29,176 nt of DNA from Cyanobacteria bacterium T3Sed10_344R1 (GTDB taxonomy: Bacteria; Cyanobacteriota; Cyanobacteriia; Phormidesmidales; Phormidesmidaceae), in the NCBI GenBank assembly GCA_003566335.1, contig PXDR01000259.1, forward strand, positions 1 to 29,176. The letters are read 5' to 3'. The position numbers and the translations under genes were made by a program. The notes under the pieces were generated by a model. The model was given only the letters and a program-made list of their open reading frames with translations, ran no database searches and had not been told where the DNA came from. Every line of letters begins with the position of its first letter. Positions within the stretch are counted from its first letter, which is position 1. Positions 17,116 to 26,620 of the stretch are shown piece after piece.

Positions 17116-19440
17116 ATGCGTTCTATCTTCTGCGGCACATCGGGCACCGACCCTCATCCTGGGCCTTTGGGTTGGGATGGGCTCGACCTCAGTGCTCCCT
17201 GGCCTGCGGTGTTGGATCTGCTGTGTCCCCAGCGATCGCTGCGCCCAGTACAGTGGGCCGCCCTGAGCGACCACCAGATTCTGGAGACTAACCAAAACCT
17301 GATTGTCTCCGCGCCGACCAATAGCGGTAAAAGCTTAGTGGGTTGGCTGATTTTGCTGGAGGCTTTGTGTCAGGGGAAGCGGGCCATTTTGCTGGAACCT
17401 CTGCGGGCACTGGCTCGGCAAATGGCCGATGAGCTGGAGGTGGCGTTGCCGAAGCTCAACCTCATTTTCGAGAAACGCTCGAATCTGAAAATCTCCACCG
17501 GTGACTACCGCATGGACGATGAGTTACCCTTTGGGCCACCTCCAGGGGGGGAGCTGGTGGTAGCAACCCCAGAGCGACTAGAATCCCTATTGCGGAACCC
17601 AGCCAATGGGCCATGGTTTGAGACGGTGGGGGCGGTTTGTGTGGATGAGGCTCACCTGATCAGCTCGCCCAGGCGGGGACCGACGCTGGAGTACTTGCTG
17701 ACCTCGTTGCTGTGTTTGCCGGTTCCTCCCCGTTTGGCGTTGCTGTCGGCGACGTTGGGTAATGTGGAACGGGCGCAGACCTGGCTGGCTCCTTGCTCGG
17801 TGGTCAGTGTGACCGAACGGCAGCCGCCCCTGGAGAAGTGGGTGGTGGCGTTGGAGGAGGGGGAAGATGCCAACGAGGTGGCGATCGCCCACGTTGCCGA
17901 GACCCTGAAAACGGCTGAAGCCCAAATCCTTATCTTTGTCTATCAGACTCAGTCGGCCCAGAAGCTGGCCCAAGCGATCAACGGCACGGTGGAGGGGGCC
18001 AACGCCCTGGCCTACCATGGCCAGATGAGCCAGGGGCAGCGGCAACAGGTGCAGCAGGCGTTTCTAGCGGGGGAGAGTCGTGCGATCGTCACCACGACTG
18101 CCCTGGCGCTGGGGATGAACTTACCTGCGACCCATGTCCTGATCCGCGATACCACTTTCCCGGGGGTAGGTCGGCTCGATAGCGCAGAGCTGTTGCAGAT
18201 GATGGGGCGAGCGGGCCGGGGTACCCAATCGGGAAAGGCGACTGTGCTGCTGCGTCCCAACGATAGCTGGGCAGAGGCGGATCTGGTGGCAGCGCTGCAG
18301 GCGGAGGTGCTGCCGAACTTTGCCTCGGCGTTTGAGCTAACCAGCAGGCGGATGGCCCAGGGACCACTGCCGTCCGGTACGGCTCAGGTGGCCGCTTTGC
18401 TCTCCCGCCATCCCGAAACGGGACTTTCTCAACCGTCTATCGGCCAGTTTTTGGAGAAGTCGTTGGGGGGACAGACCCTGGTTGGGCAGGTGCCGGCGGC
18501 CCTGCGGTGGCTGGAGTCGGAGACGCTAGCGTACCTAGAGCCCAACCAAAAGACTTACCACCTCACTGTCCTGGGCCAACGAGCAACCCTGGCTGTTTTG
18601 CCTCTGCCGCTGGCCGCTGGGTTGGCTCGCCTGCTGCGAGACTTGATGACGATTGACCCGGAAGATGGGTTGTTGGCGGACTGGCGATCTCTGGACCATC
18701 TGCTGGTATTGGATCTGCTGTCGGAACAGACGCCTAACCTACGTCGCTATAGCGGAAAGCTGGCTAGCCAACTGGAGAGTTGGTGCGAGGCGAACCCTAG
18801 CCAAACGCCACTACTCTTTCGCAAATGGATCTGGGGGACGGTGGGCCAGTCTCGGGCGGCGGAGATTTTGGGGTCGTTGGGAGTCGTGGCTGAGAAGCCT
18901 GGCCAAGGGACTGACCAATGGGCGCACCAGATGGGCTACCTGGCGATGCTGCGGGCTATGGTGCTGGGGCTGCGATCGCAGGGGGTTCCCATTGCTCAGC
19001 TAGAGCGACAGTACGGCCTCAAAAATCTGGAGGGCATCGAGGAACGCTGGCGCGACGATATGCTCTGGAAGTTGTCTGGGGTGGCTAAGCTGCTGGAAAT
19101 TCGCACGTTCTACTATCATCTAAAGGAAGACTGCCAGGCCAGTCCGGAACGGGTGAAGCGGGTGAAGCGATGCCTGAAGCGGCTGCGTTACCAGACCTAC
19201 GAGTTGCGGGAAGGGCTCAAGTACTGTTCTCCACTCGGCCACTTGCTGAGCGACATTCGCCGCATGCTGCCCCATCAAGAGCGAAAACTGGGAGTCCAGT
19301 CGATCCGCAGGTTGGAAGAGGCTGGTTTGTGTACTCCTCAGGCTGTTGTTGCCTTGGGTGTAGAAGATCTCAAACGACTTGGCTTAAGTAGCCTTTTCTC
19401 CCAGCAGATCGTTGCTTACTTCAAGTCACGCTTTCGCTAA
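17116..19440 (+). CDS. Second Ski2/Hel308-like SF2 helicase
   Basis: APTNSGKS, PLRALA, VDEAH, LSATLG, YHGQ, TALALGMNLP, QMMGRAGR; 5 nt after the TGT stop. Confidence 0.88.
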   Translation: MRSIFCGTSGTDPHPGPLGWDGLDLSAPWPAVLDLLCPQRSLRPVQWAALSDHQILETNQNLIVSAPTNSGKSLVGWLILLEALCQGKRAILLEPLRALARQMADELEVALPKLNLIFEKRSNLKISTGDYRMDDELPFGPPPGGELVVATPERLESLLRNPANGPWFETVGAVCVDEAHLISSPRRGPTLEYLLTSLLCLPVPPRLALLSATLGNVERAQTWLAPCSVVSVTERQPPLEKWVVALEEGEDANEVAIAHVAETLKTAEAQILIFVYQTQSAQKLAQAINGTVEGANALAYHGQMSQGQRQQVQQAFLAGESRAIVTTTALALGMNLPATHVLIRDTTFPGVGRLDSAELLQMMGRAGRGTQSGKATVLLRPNDSWAEADLVAALQAEVLPNFASAFELTSRRMAQGPLPSGTAQVAALLSRHPETGLSQPSIGQFLEKSLGGQTLVGQVPAALRWLESETLAYLEPNQKTYHLTVLGQRATLAVLPLPLAAGLARLLRDLMTIDPEDGLLADWRSLDHLLVLDLLSEQTPNLRRYSGKLASQLESWCEANPSQTPLLFRKWIWGTVGQSRAAEILGSLGVVAEKPGQGTDQWAHQMGYLAMLRAMVLGLRSQGVPIAQLERQYGLKNLEGIEERWRDDMLWKLSGVAKLLEIRTFYYHLKEDCQASPERVKRVKRCLKRLRYQTYELREGLKYCSPLGHLLSDIRRMLPHQERKLGVQSIRRLEEAGLCTPQAVVALGVEDLKRLGLSSLFSQQIVAYFKSRFR

Positions 19441-19477
19441 AAACTATGTGTTGATCAACTTGCAACTAAGTAGTAGC

Positions 19478-19483
19478 TATAAT
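19478..19483 (+). promoter_or_regulatory. Possible -10 element upstream of the 383-aa ORF
   Basis: Perfect TATAAT 41 nt upstream of ATG 19525; no correctly spaced -35 seen. Confidence 0.3.
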
Positions 19484-19524
19484 CCTAATCTTTAGTTTTC
19501 ACTGACACCTCTGAGCATTAAGAC

Positions 19525-20676
19525 ATGACAATCGATCGCATAAAAGAGCTGGAAGTCTTCTTGAATCGCAACTACTCCAAATACTTGAAGCTTCATGATA
19601 AGTGGTTCAGGAGTGATTGGGCTGCCAATGACTTCACTGAAGAAAGCTTTGTCTTCTTCAATGAAATTACATGCTTGAAAGTGGTTAACCCGCATGTAAA
19701 ATTACTTATCTCGAATATATGGCCTATCGATCAGAATTTCCACAACTTTTTATTAGAACTCTGTTCATACAGTCTCAGTATCAAGCGCCCAGACAGTGCC
19801 AGATATGATTTTGAGCGCATGAAATTCGTTAATTGGTGCATGATTGCCTACTGGCTAGCCTGGTATGAGCTTGTCGAAATTGAACTAGAGCCTTTAAGAC
19901 TTCTGAAAATACCAGTAAACAAGTATAACTTAGATCTTCGGCTTTTAGCGCTTGAGGCTAAGGTATTAGAACACGCTAGCTGGAATAAGATAAAACAAGA
20001 AAATCATCACCGTTATTCTCCGCTTTGGCAGAAAAACTTTGAGTCATCCGCACTTAAAGCAAAAGTTTTACATCGGATGCTGAAGATTGCAAAGGAATTT
20101 CACAAATATTATAAAATATCTCCAGATCGCGCCTTTCGGATTTGGCGTTTATGCATATTGGAGATTCGGGAAGATGACAGAGATGCCACTCTTCAACCAT
20201 CTCAGCCTAAAAACAAGCTTCAGGATGGGATCGAAAAAACATATAAAATACTAAAATCTGGCAAGAACCCGTTTGAGCCAAATGAGAAAACGAAGTATTT
20301 ATACGTTTTTTTCAGTCTCACCGAAAAAATCTTGGATGGAAAAAGCTTTCCGGCTAAGAAGTCAGGAGCATTTCAGGGTGATTTTTGGAAGCCGTTCTTG
20401 AAAGGAGTACTTAAGTTCACCCAGTTTTCCGAGGAGGATTCACCTAATCGGATCCCCTACGAGGTTAAAGATGCTCAGCTAAATAGACGACAGGGTAAAA
20501 GTCTATATAGAGTTCCCGTCCTAGATAGAGAGAGGCCTCGCTCAGCGGTAACGTCTTTCAGGATTCCTGGAAGGAGTATTGAAGGTAAGTTCGAGGTTCC
20601 GCTACCCCATAGAGCAGCTAGGGTTTTTGCTGTAGAGCATACTTCTGACCTTTCTGGAGACGATTACACTCCATAA
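19525..20676 (+). CDS. Hypothetical protein (AT-rich, no recognised family)
   Basis: 383-codon ORF in AT-rich DNA, unlikely by chance, followed by a terminator. Confidence 0.7.
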   Translation: MTIDRIKELEVFLNRNYSKYLKLHDKWFRSDWAANDFTEESFVFFNEITCLKVVNPHVKLLISNIWPIDQNFHNFLLELCSYSLSIKRPDSARYDFERMKFVNWCMIAYWLAWYELVEIELEPLRLLKIPVNKYNLDLRLLALEAKVLEHASWNKIKQENHHRYSPLWQKNFESSALKAKVLHRMLKIAKEFHKYYKISPDRAFRIWRLCILEIREDDRDATLQPSQPKNKLQDGIEKTYKILKSGKNPFEPNEKTKYLYVFFSLTEKILDGKSFPAKKSGAFQGDFWKPFLKGVLKFTQFSEEDSPNRIPYEVKDAQLNRRQGKSLYRVPVLDRERPRSAVTSFRIPGRSIEGKFEVPLPHRAARVFAVEHTSDLSGDDYTP

Positions 20677-20732
20677 AGTACGCAAGCTTACCTAGTAGCC
20701 GCAACCAGTCAACCTAAGGATTATTTTTCTAG

Positions 20733-20764
20733 AGCCTCGCAAGTCAATGCGGGGCTTTTATTTT
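20733..20764 (+). terminator. Rho-independent terminator
   Basis: Stem AGCCTCGCA / TGCGGGGCT (one G-T pair), 6-nt loop, then TTTATTTT. Confidence 0.75.
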
Positions 20765-20939
20765 AAGCGGCACAATCTACGGTAAGCCACCGGAGATTGT
20801 GAAGGCCTTTGACAGCAAGGGTTTCAGGGTTTACTACTTTTTTTGTTCAAATTTCCAGGCTTAAACCCTAGAGTACTTTCAGTATCTTCCAGGGTTCGTT
20901 TATTACCCTCTGGAGCTGTTCAAGCAATAGGAGAGACAA

Positions 20940-21344
20940 GTGAGTTGTAATTTTGAGTTGGCCACAACAGAGCAAGCCGCAGAAGTCCTAGGGTGTTCCA
21001 CGCACTGGCTCAAGAAACGTCGGCTCGACGGACAGCTACAGGAAGGAGTCCACTGGGTGCGAACTAATCAACGATCTATTCGCTACATAACGCCTCTCCT
21101 TAAGGACTACTTGAACAACAGAAACCAATTTTCAACCCATCGACAGTTTATTGTGAGCGACTTGATTTCTGATATTCCTTCTCTTAGCCCAAAAAACTAC
21201 AGCTATAGGAATAAAATTTTCGAGGTCATAAAGATTGCCAAAAAGATTCTTTTGCGTACAAGATTCCAAAAACATTCTTTTTTGAGGTTAGCTTGCCAGT
21301 CCAAATTCAAAAAACTCTTTCAGGCTATTTTTCGAATTATCTGA
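20940..21344 (+). CDS. Excisionase/MerR-like HTH protein, paralog 1
   Basis: LATTEQAAEVLGCSTHWLKKRRLDGQLQEGVHWVR; GTG start with AGGAGAG upstream. Confidence 0.65.
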   Translation: MSCNFELATTEQAAEVLGCSTHWLKKRRLDGQLQEGVHWVRTNQRSIRYITPLLKDYLNNRNQFSTHRQFIVSDLISDIPSLSPKNYSYRNKIFEVIKIAKKILLRTRFQKHSFLRLACQSKFKKLFQAIFRII

Positions 21345-21375
21345 GTTCAAGAAAATTACTACCTACCACAAAAAA

Positions 21376-21666
21376 ATGATGACTCAAGAATTTCAATTAG
21401 CTACAGCGAAACAATCTGCAGAACAATTAGGTTGTTCAGTTCACTGGCTGAAAAAGCTACGTCTTGACGGAAGGCTTCAGGAAGGCATCCATTGGGTGCG
21501 AATTGGCAAGCGATCAGTTCGCTACGTAACCCCTCTTCTAGTAGACTACTTTCGAAATCGACACCAACCTTCGGTTCACCAACATTTTGTCGAAAAATAC
21601 GTCGCTTCTTGGGAGTCGAATCAACCGAGTAGACCTGGTCGAAAGCCAAAGGCTTATAGAGCTTAA
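21376..21666 (+). CDS. Excisionase/MerR-like HTH protein, paralog 2
   Basis: LATAKQSAEQLGCSVHWLKKLRLDGRLQEGIHWVR; aligns without gaps with paralog 1 over about 65 aa. Confidence 0.7.
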   Translation: MMTQEFQLATAKQSAEQLGCSVHWLKKLRLDGRLQEGIHWVRIGKRSVRYVTPLLVDYFRNRHQPSVHQHFVEKYVASWESNQPSRPGRKPKAYRA

Positions 21667-21775
21667 ACGTATAACCCCTCAATACTTCTTTCGATAGGGA
21701 CTATCTACCTCCCTATCGAATCTTTGTTGCGTCATAAGTGTCTGAGCTATACAGCCTAATTCTGAAATCAGTCCC

Positions 21776-23086
21776 GTGAAGAAGACAAAGAAAGTAGACC
21801 TTTTGCCTGGAGATCCTTGTGGAAAAAGAATTTGTGAGATTTTCGGTAAATATCCATGGGAAACTATCCAAGCCAATGCACCTAAAGATCCATCGTCAAA
21901 ACCCAACTGGTTTACTAAAAAAGGGTACCCAGAACGATCAAGAGTCCTATGGCAGAGTTGGCAGGACACTAAAACTTTAATTGGTGTACGGTTTAGCAAA
22001 GAAACGTGCTACGGTCTCATCGATATTGATTGTGGCAGTAAATACTTAAATGCAGAGGATGTCGACGGAATTAAGGCAGGGCTAGAGACTATTGGCATTG
22101 TCAGAACCCTCACCATATCTTCAAGCTGGAGTCAGGGTATCCACCTTTATACTCCGTTCCCTGATTCGGTTGGGACTTTTAACCTTGCTGTTACGCTTGA
22201 ACAAGCCCTAGTCGCACAAGGCTTTGAAATCAAAGATGGGCAGCTAGAGATTTTCCCGAATCCTAAGACTTTTGGCTCCACAATTTTTATTGAATATAAA
22301 GCTCATCGCTTACCGCTACAGCCTAAAAGCGGTTCCTTTATTTTAGACGACGATCTCAATCCCGTCAGCGACAATCTTCCTCGCTTTCTTGAACTTTGGG
22401 ATCAGGCAGCACAAAGCCAGAATATGGATGAGTTAGCTCAGGCCCTGGCTATAGCTAGGGATAATAAACTAAAACACCCAAAAAGGCACAAGAAGGGCGT
22501 AAAAGCTCAGGAATGGGAGGCTAACTTAAAGACTGAAATTGATGAGGGTTGGACAGCTTTTGGGCAGACAAATCAATTGCTCAAAAGTATGTGCTGCTAT
22601 GGCCTTGTATTCAAAGGTCTAAGCGGCAAGGATTTGGTTGATGACGTGCTTCGTATGGTTGTAAATAGCCCAGGGTATGAGGAGTTTTGCCGACACCAGC
22701 ACGAGATTGAAAGGCGAATAAGGGCTTGGACCAATTCTGTAGAGAAGTTTTACTACCCCTACGGACAGTGGGAGCAAGCTAAAAGGCTTCAGTCGGCAGA
22801 AGAAAAAGTTCCTTCAAATCAGCTCAAGGCTAAGGAAGCACAGAATCGTATTCGTGAGGCTGTGAAAGTTCTACAGCAGTTGAAGATTTTTCCTCGCACA
22901 GCTAATGCTCGCAAAAAAGCTCTCGTTAGTCAAGGTGGCGTTAGCAGTAAAACTTTATACAAAAACCGAGAACTCTGGCATCCTGATTATCTCCAATCAT
23001 CAGAGGAGTGTAAACCGCTGGAAAAATCAGGGGTTTCAGAAGCTCTCAGAGAAAATCCAGCTCAAATAGATTTTTCAAAACCCTGA
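21776..23086 (+). CDS. Primase-polymerase (AEP)-like replication protein of a plasmid or integrative element
   Basis: GLIDID (DxD) and SSWSQGIHLY resemble AEP motifs I and II; EIFPN; context next to excisionase-like genes. Confidence 0.6.
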   Translation: MKKTKKVDLLPGDPCGKRICEIFGKYPWETIQANAPKDPSSKPNWFTKKGYPERSRVLWQSWQDTKTLIGVRFSKETCYGLIDIDCGSKYLNAEDVDGIKAGLETIGIVRTLTISSSWSQGIHLYTPFPDSVGTFNLAVTLEQALVAQGFEIKDGQLEIFPNPKTFGSTIFIEYKAHRLPLQPKSGSFILDDDLNPVSDNLPRFLELWDQAAQSQNMDELAQALAIARDNKLKHPKRHKKGVKAQEWEANLKTEIDEGWTAFGQTNQLLKSMCCYGLVFKGLSGKDLVDDVLRMVVNSPGYEEFCRHQHEIERRIRAWTNSVEKFYYPYGQWEQAKRLQSAEEKVPSNQLKAKEAQNRIREAVKVLQQLKIFPRTANARKKALVSQGGVSSKTLYKNRELWHPDYLQSSEECKPLEKSGVSEALRENPAQIDFSKP

Positions 23087-23395
23087 TGAAATAAGGGAAG
23101 TTTACACCAGAAAAAAATAATGAAGTGTTTTGCCCTCCGCAGGGAGGTAAAGGAATGAAGTGCAGGGGGGATGAACAGAGGATGTGATCTATACGTGGAA
23201 CAGGTGTAAAGGCCAGAAAAATCGTCGATTTGTTTGAAAAATTAGTTTTCGCAAGACCTTTCAGCTTGCGTGAACCTTGTCTGAGCCTGGCGCAGAGATA
23301 AATAAGACATCGTTGCGGTCAATAACGAAAGGGCTGCGTTTTACTCTACCTCTTGGTACCTTGTATCGTTAGCGGTACTAGAACAGAGGTTCTGG

Positions 23396-24616
23396 ATGAA
23401 GTTCGACCTCCACCTCCGATCGCAAGTCCGTGACCAGCTCAAGACGCTGGCCAGCGAGATGCAGGCGTGGCAAGCCCAGCCCCGCATCCAGCAAGACGAG
23501 GTCGAGCAGCTCAAGGCCGCGATCGCCACCTTTTCGCACACTACAGACCGAGAAACCCTGACCCTGGCCGGAGTGGACGGCAGCGGCGACTTCCCCCTCC
23601 TCAGCTATGCCGACTCCTTTGTCTATCTGGCTGTGGCCCAGGGCACTGCCTACCAAGCCGACCGACTCTGTGGGTTAAGAGAGGTCGCGATCGCCGCCGA
23701 GCCCATTTTCCAAACGGTCTGGCTCACCGAAGACAATATCATGTCTGACCAGGCGCTCGATCGCGCCTTTGGCGAGCTGGCTGGGATGGAGCCCCTGGCC
23801 GCCATTCAGGCCTCCGACTATCGCACCCTCAAGGCCCAAGTCGTCGGCAAACGCCTTAACCCCGATCAGCTTCTGGCCGAGCTAATTCGACCCAACGCCA
23901 GCGATACCGGCAACCTAGCGATCCAGCTTCGTTCGACAGCGGAGTTTGGGGCGGCCCTGCGGTTGCTGGAGGGGGAGGTGTTGCCCCAGTACCTGCTGGT
24001 CGATACCACCTTTTCGCTGCCGCTGGTCACTAACGCAGCCAATTCCCTGTTCTACGAGCACCTGAAGCGGTTGTGCTGTGTGAGGGCGCGATCGCAGGGT
24101 GTCGGATTTTTTGCGCTGTCCAAGTCCCACGGGCTACCCGCCATGGAGGTACTGGAAGACCTGGTGCGGGAGGTGCAGGGGCGAGAGCCGGGGCAGGCTG
24201 CCGAACACTGGTACCTGCGGATTCCGGAGCAGGTTAGGGATGGGTGGGAACTGTCGCTGACGGAGGGAAGACGGATTCCGCCGCCGGGGGTGGTGTCTTA
24301 CCTGGTGCGGTTCCACCGCACGACCCCCGTGATGCGGTTAGATATGGATCTGGGCTATTGGCAAACGGTGGTGAAAGGGGCCACTGAGGAGGAGACGCGA
24401 TCGCGAGAGTGCAAAATCTTTGAAGACCTCGACTACGCCTGCCACGACCAACGGGTCTACGGCTACCCCTACCCCATCAAGGCGGCCCACGGCCGGGCCT
24501 CCCTCACCCAGGCAGAACGGGTCGCGTTCCGGAAGCAGCTGGTCGCAGAGGCCGTGAAGCAGGGGATGAGCCCGGCCCTCTTCCGGGACCCCTCCCAGGC
24601 CACTGGCCACCGATAG
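23396..24616 (+). CDS. nurA: NurA-family nuclease
   Basis: LAGVDGSG, LLVDTT, ALSKS, GYPYPIKAAH; directly upstream of a HerA ATPase. Confidence 0.78.
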   Translation: MKFDLHLRSQVRDQLKTLASEMQAWQAQPRIQQDEVEQLKAAIATFSHTTDRETLTLAGVDGSGDFPLLSYADSFVYLAVAQGTAYQADRLCGLREVAIAAEPIFQTVWLTEDNIMSDQALDRAFGELAGMEPLAAIQASDYRTLKAQVVGKRLNPDQLLAELIRPNASDTGNLAIQLRSTAEFGAALRLLEGEVLPQYLLVDTTFSLPLVTNAANSLFYEHLKRLCCVRARSQGVGFFALSKSHGLPAMEVLEDLVREVQGREPGQAAEHWYLRIPEQVRDGWELSLTEGRRIPPPGVVSYLVRFHRTTPVMRLDMDLGYWQTVVKGATEEETRSRECKIFEDLDYACHDQRVYGYPYPIKAAHGRASLTQAERVAFRKQLVAEAVKQGMSPALFRDPSQATGHR

Positions 24617-24625
24617 GAGAAGACC

Positions 24626-26413
24626 ATGGAGTCGATGGATAGATTATTGGATAAGGTAGGCGATCGCTTCGGGGTGTTGGCCGAGAGCGACACCTACCAA
24701 CTGACGGTAGTAGCCAGGAACCTGGACGTGGCGGTGGGTGATCTGTTCTTGCTGCCCAGCAAGCGGGGGCCAAAGGATCGGGTCTACGTGTTTCGGGCCA
24801 ACCAGTACGCCAACGTCATGAATCGATCCTTGGAGATGGGCGACATCGCCCGCAACAAGCTGACCATGGAAGACTCCTACCTCAGCGAGGACCTGGCAGA
24901 GGAGTTGCTGATCGAGATGAAGGGGATGGTGCTGGGCTACGCGGAGCAACAGCCGGAGGAGTGGACCTTTCACCGGCCTCGGCGACTGCCGGAGCACCTG
25001 TCGAACGTGTACCGGGTCGATGCTCACCAGCCCGGTACGCCGGAGGTAATGAGGGAGCTGATGGGCAGCCAGCTCGGTACCGAGGGGCTCTATGTGGGTG
25101 ACCTACTGGCGGGGGAACAGGCACTGCCAGGGGTGAAGGTGTTTTTGCCCCCCTACGCGCTGTCTCACCACCTAGGGGTATTTGGCAGAACCGGGGCAGG
25201 CAAGAGCAACCTGATGATGGTGCTGCTGCGGTCAGTGATGGCCCACAACCAGGCGGCGGCGGGGGAGGTTCAGGGGCCGAGGGCTAGCGTGTTGGCGATC
25301 GACCCCCACGACGAGTTTCGGTTTTGGCATGGGGCCACTGGGGGCAAAGATGGTATCCACGGCATTGTGGAAGGCTATGGGGCCCAGGAGCAGGCCGAGC
25401 TAGTGGAGCCGTTCTACTACCTAACGGGACGGCAGTTGGCGACGGAGGGGCTGGAGCGGCGGGTGGTGCTGTCGCGGGCGGACGTGTTGCCGGAAGACCT
25501 GGTGAGCATTAGCGAGTTTTCGGAGCAGCAGGTAGCCTTCGTGAACCAGCAGTTTGCCCAGTGGGGTGAGCACTGGGTAGGGCGGGTGCTGATGGGCGAT
25601 ACCCAGGGACCAGGGGGCTTTGAGCAAGGCCCCGACTTTTTGCCGGGAACGGTGTCGGCGGTGCAGCGGCGGCTCGACTTTTTGCGGCGGGGGCGATCGC
25701 AGCTGTTCACTCCCTTTGATCCGGAGTTGGGGGCAGCCTACCAATCGCTACTGCCGGATTTGGTGTGTGCCTTGGAGCGGGGGCGGGTGGTCATCGTAGA
25801 TACGACGTTGATGGGGGAGATGGAGCAGTTTTTGCTGACCACTGTGGTGGCCCGCACGCTATTTACCCTGCGCCGGGCCCTACGCAGTGTGGAGAAGGGC
25901 AAAGACCTGGAGGGGGCCATGCGGCGCGCCCTGGGCAACGACGAAGATCAAGGGCAGGTGGGCCTGAGAACGTTGGCGGATGTGCTGGTGGAACGGTTGG
26001 AGTCGGGGGATTTGCCCTACCGAGTCGGGGATGACCTCAAGGCCACAGACCAACTGCCCTACGTGAACGTGGTGGTAGAAGAGGCTCCCAGCGTACTCAA
26101 CCCGCAGCGGATGAAGTTTGGGTCGGTGTTTCGGGACATTTCGCGCCAGGGGCGGAAGTTTGGCATTGGGCTGACGGTGGTGAGCCAGCAGGTGACCGAG
26201 ATCGACGATGGCGTGCTGACCCAGCTCAACACAGAGCTGGTGATGGCCCTGGGCAATGAGGCGGAGCGGAAGGCGGCGGTGAGAAATGCGTCGGCGGATT
26301 TGTCGGGGTTTGAGCGGGAGCTGCAGGTGATGGGTAAGGGGCAGGTGATGGTGTCGGGGTCGTATAAGGATGTGCCGCTGCCAGTGCAGGTGCCAGAGTT
26401 TGACCATTTGTAG
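24626..26413 (+). CDS. herA: HerA/FtsK-like ATPase (DUF87) with N-terminal HAS-barrel-like region
   Basis: HLGVFGRTGAGKS, IDPHDEF, VVVEEAP, RQGRKFGIGLTVVSQQ. Confidence 0.85.
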   Translation: MESMDRLLDKVGDRFGVLAESDTYQLTVVARNLDVAVGDLFLLPSKRGPKDRVYVFRANQYANVMNRSLEMGDIARNKLTMEDSYLSEDLAEELLIEMKGMVLGYAEQQPEEWTFHRPRRLPEHLSNVYRVDAHQPGTPEVMRELMGSQLGTEGLYVGDLLAGEQALPGVKVFLPPYALSHHLGVFGRTGAGKSNLMMVLLRSVMAHNQAAAGEVQGPRASVLAIDPHDEFRFWHGATGGKDGIHGIVEGYGAQEQAELVEPFYYLTGRQLATEGLERRVVLSRADVLPEDLVSISEFSEQQVAFVNQQFAQWGEHWVGRVLMGDTQGPGGFEQGPDFLPGTVSAVQRRLDFLRRGRSQLFTPFDPELGAAYQSLLPDLVCALERGRVVIVDTTLMGEMEQFLLTTVVARTLFTLRRALRSVEKGKDLEGAMRRALGNDEDQGQVGLRTLADVLVERLESGDLPYRVGDDLKATDQLPYVNVVVEEAPSVLNPQRMKFGSVFRDISRQGRKFGIGLTVVSQQVTEIDDGVLTQLNTELVMALGNEAERKAAVRNASADLSGFERELQVMGKGQVMVSGSYKDVPLPVQVPEFDHL

Positions 26414-26620
26414 GAAGAGGGTGAGCAGAGTAGCCTCTCTCAAAGTCATAGGGCCTGGCAGGAAGCATTGTGTAGATAGACCGTGTAAGGATAAGCAAGC
26501 TGTAGTTCAAGCGAACTACAAAAAGAGTTTTACAAAGTTTTGACAGTTTTACCGGAACTTAGTCGTTAAGGTTGGGAAACATATCTAGTAAGACCCGTCC
26601 AGAGCCCTAAGGATCCTTCC

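Noticed and set aside
26060-26100. HerA Walker B reading VVVEEAP rather than hhhhDE
   Set aside because: EEA is a common Walker B variant in HerA/DUF87 proteins, so it is not evidence of inactivation.
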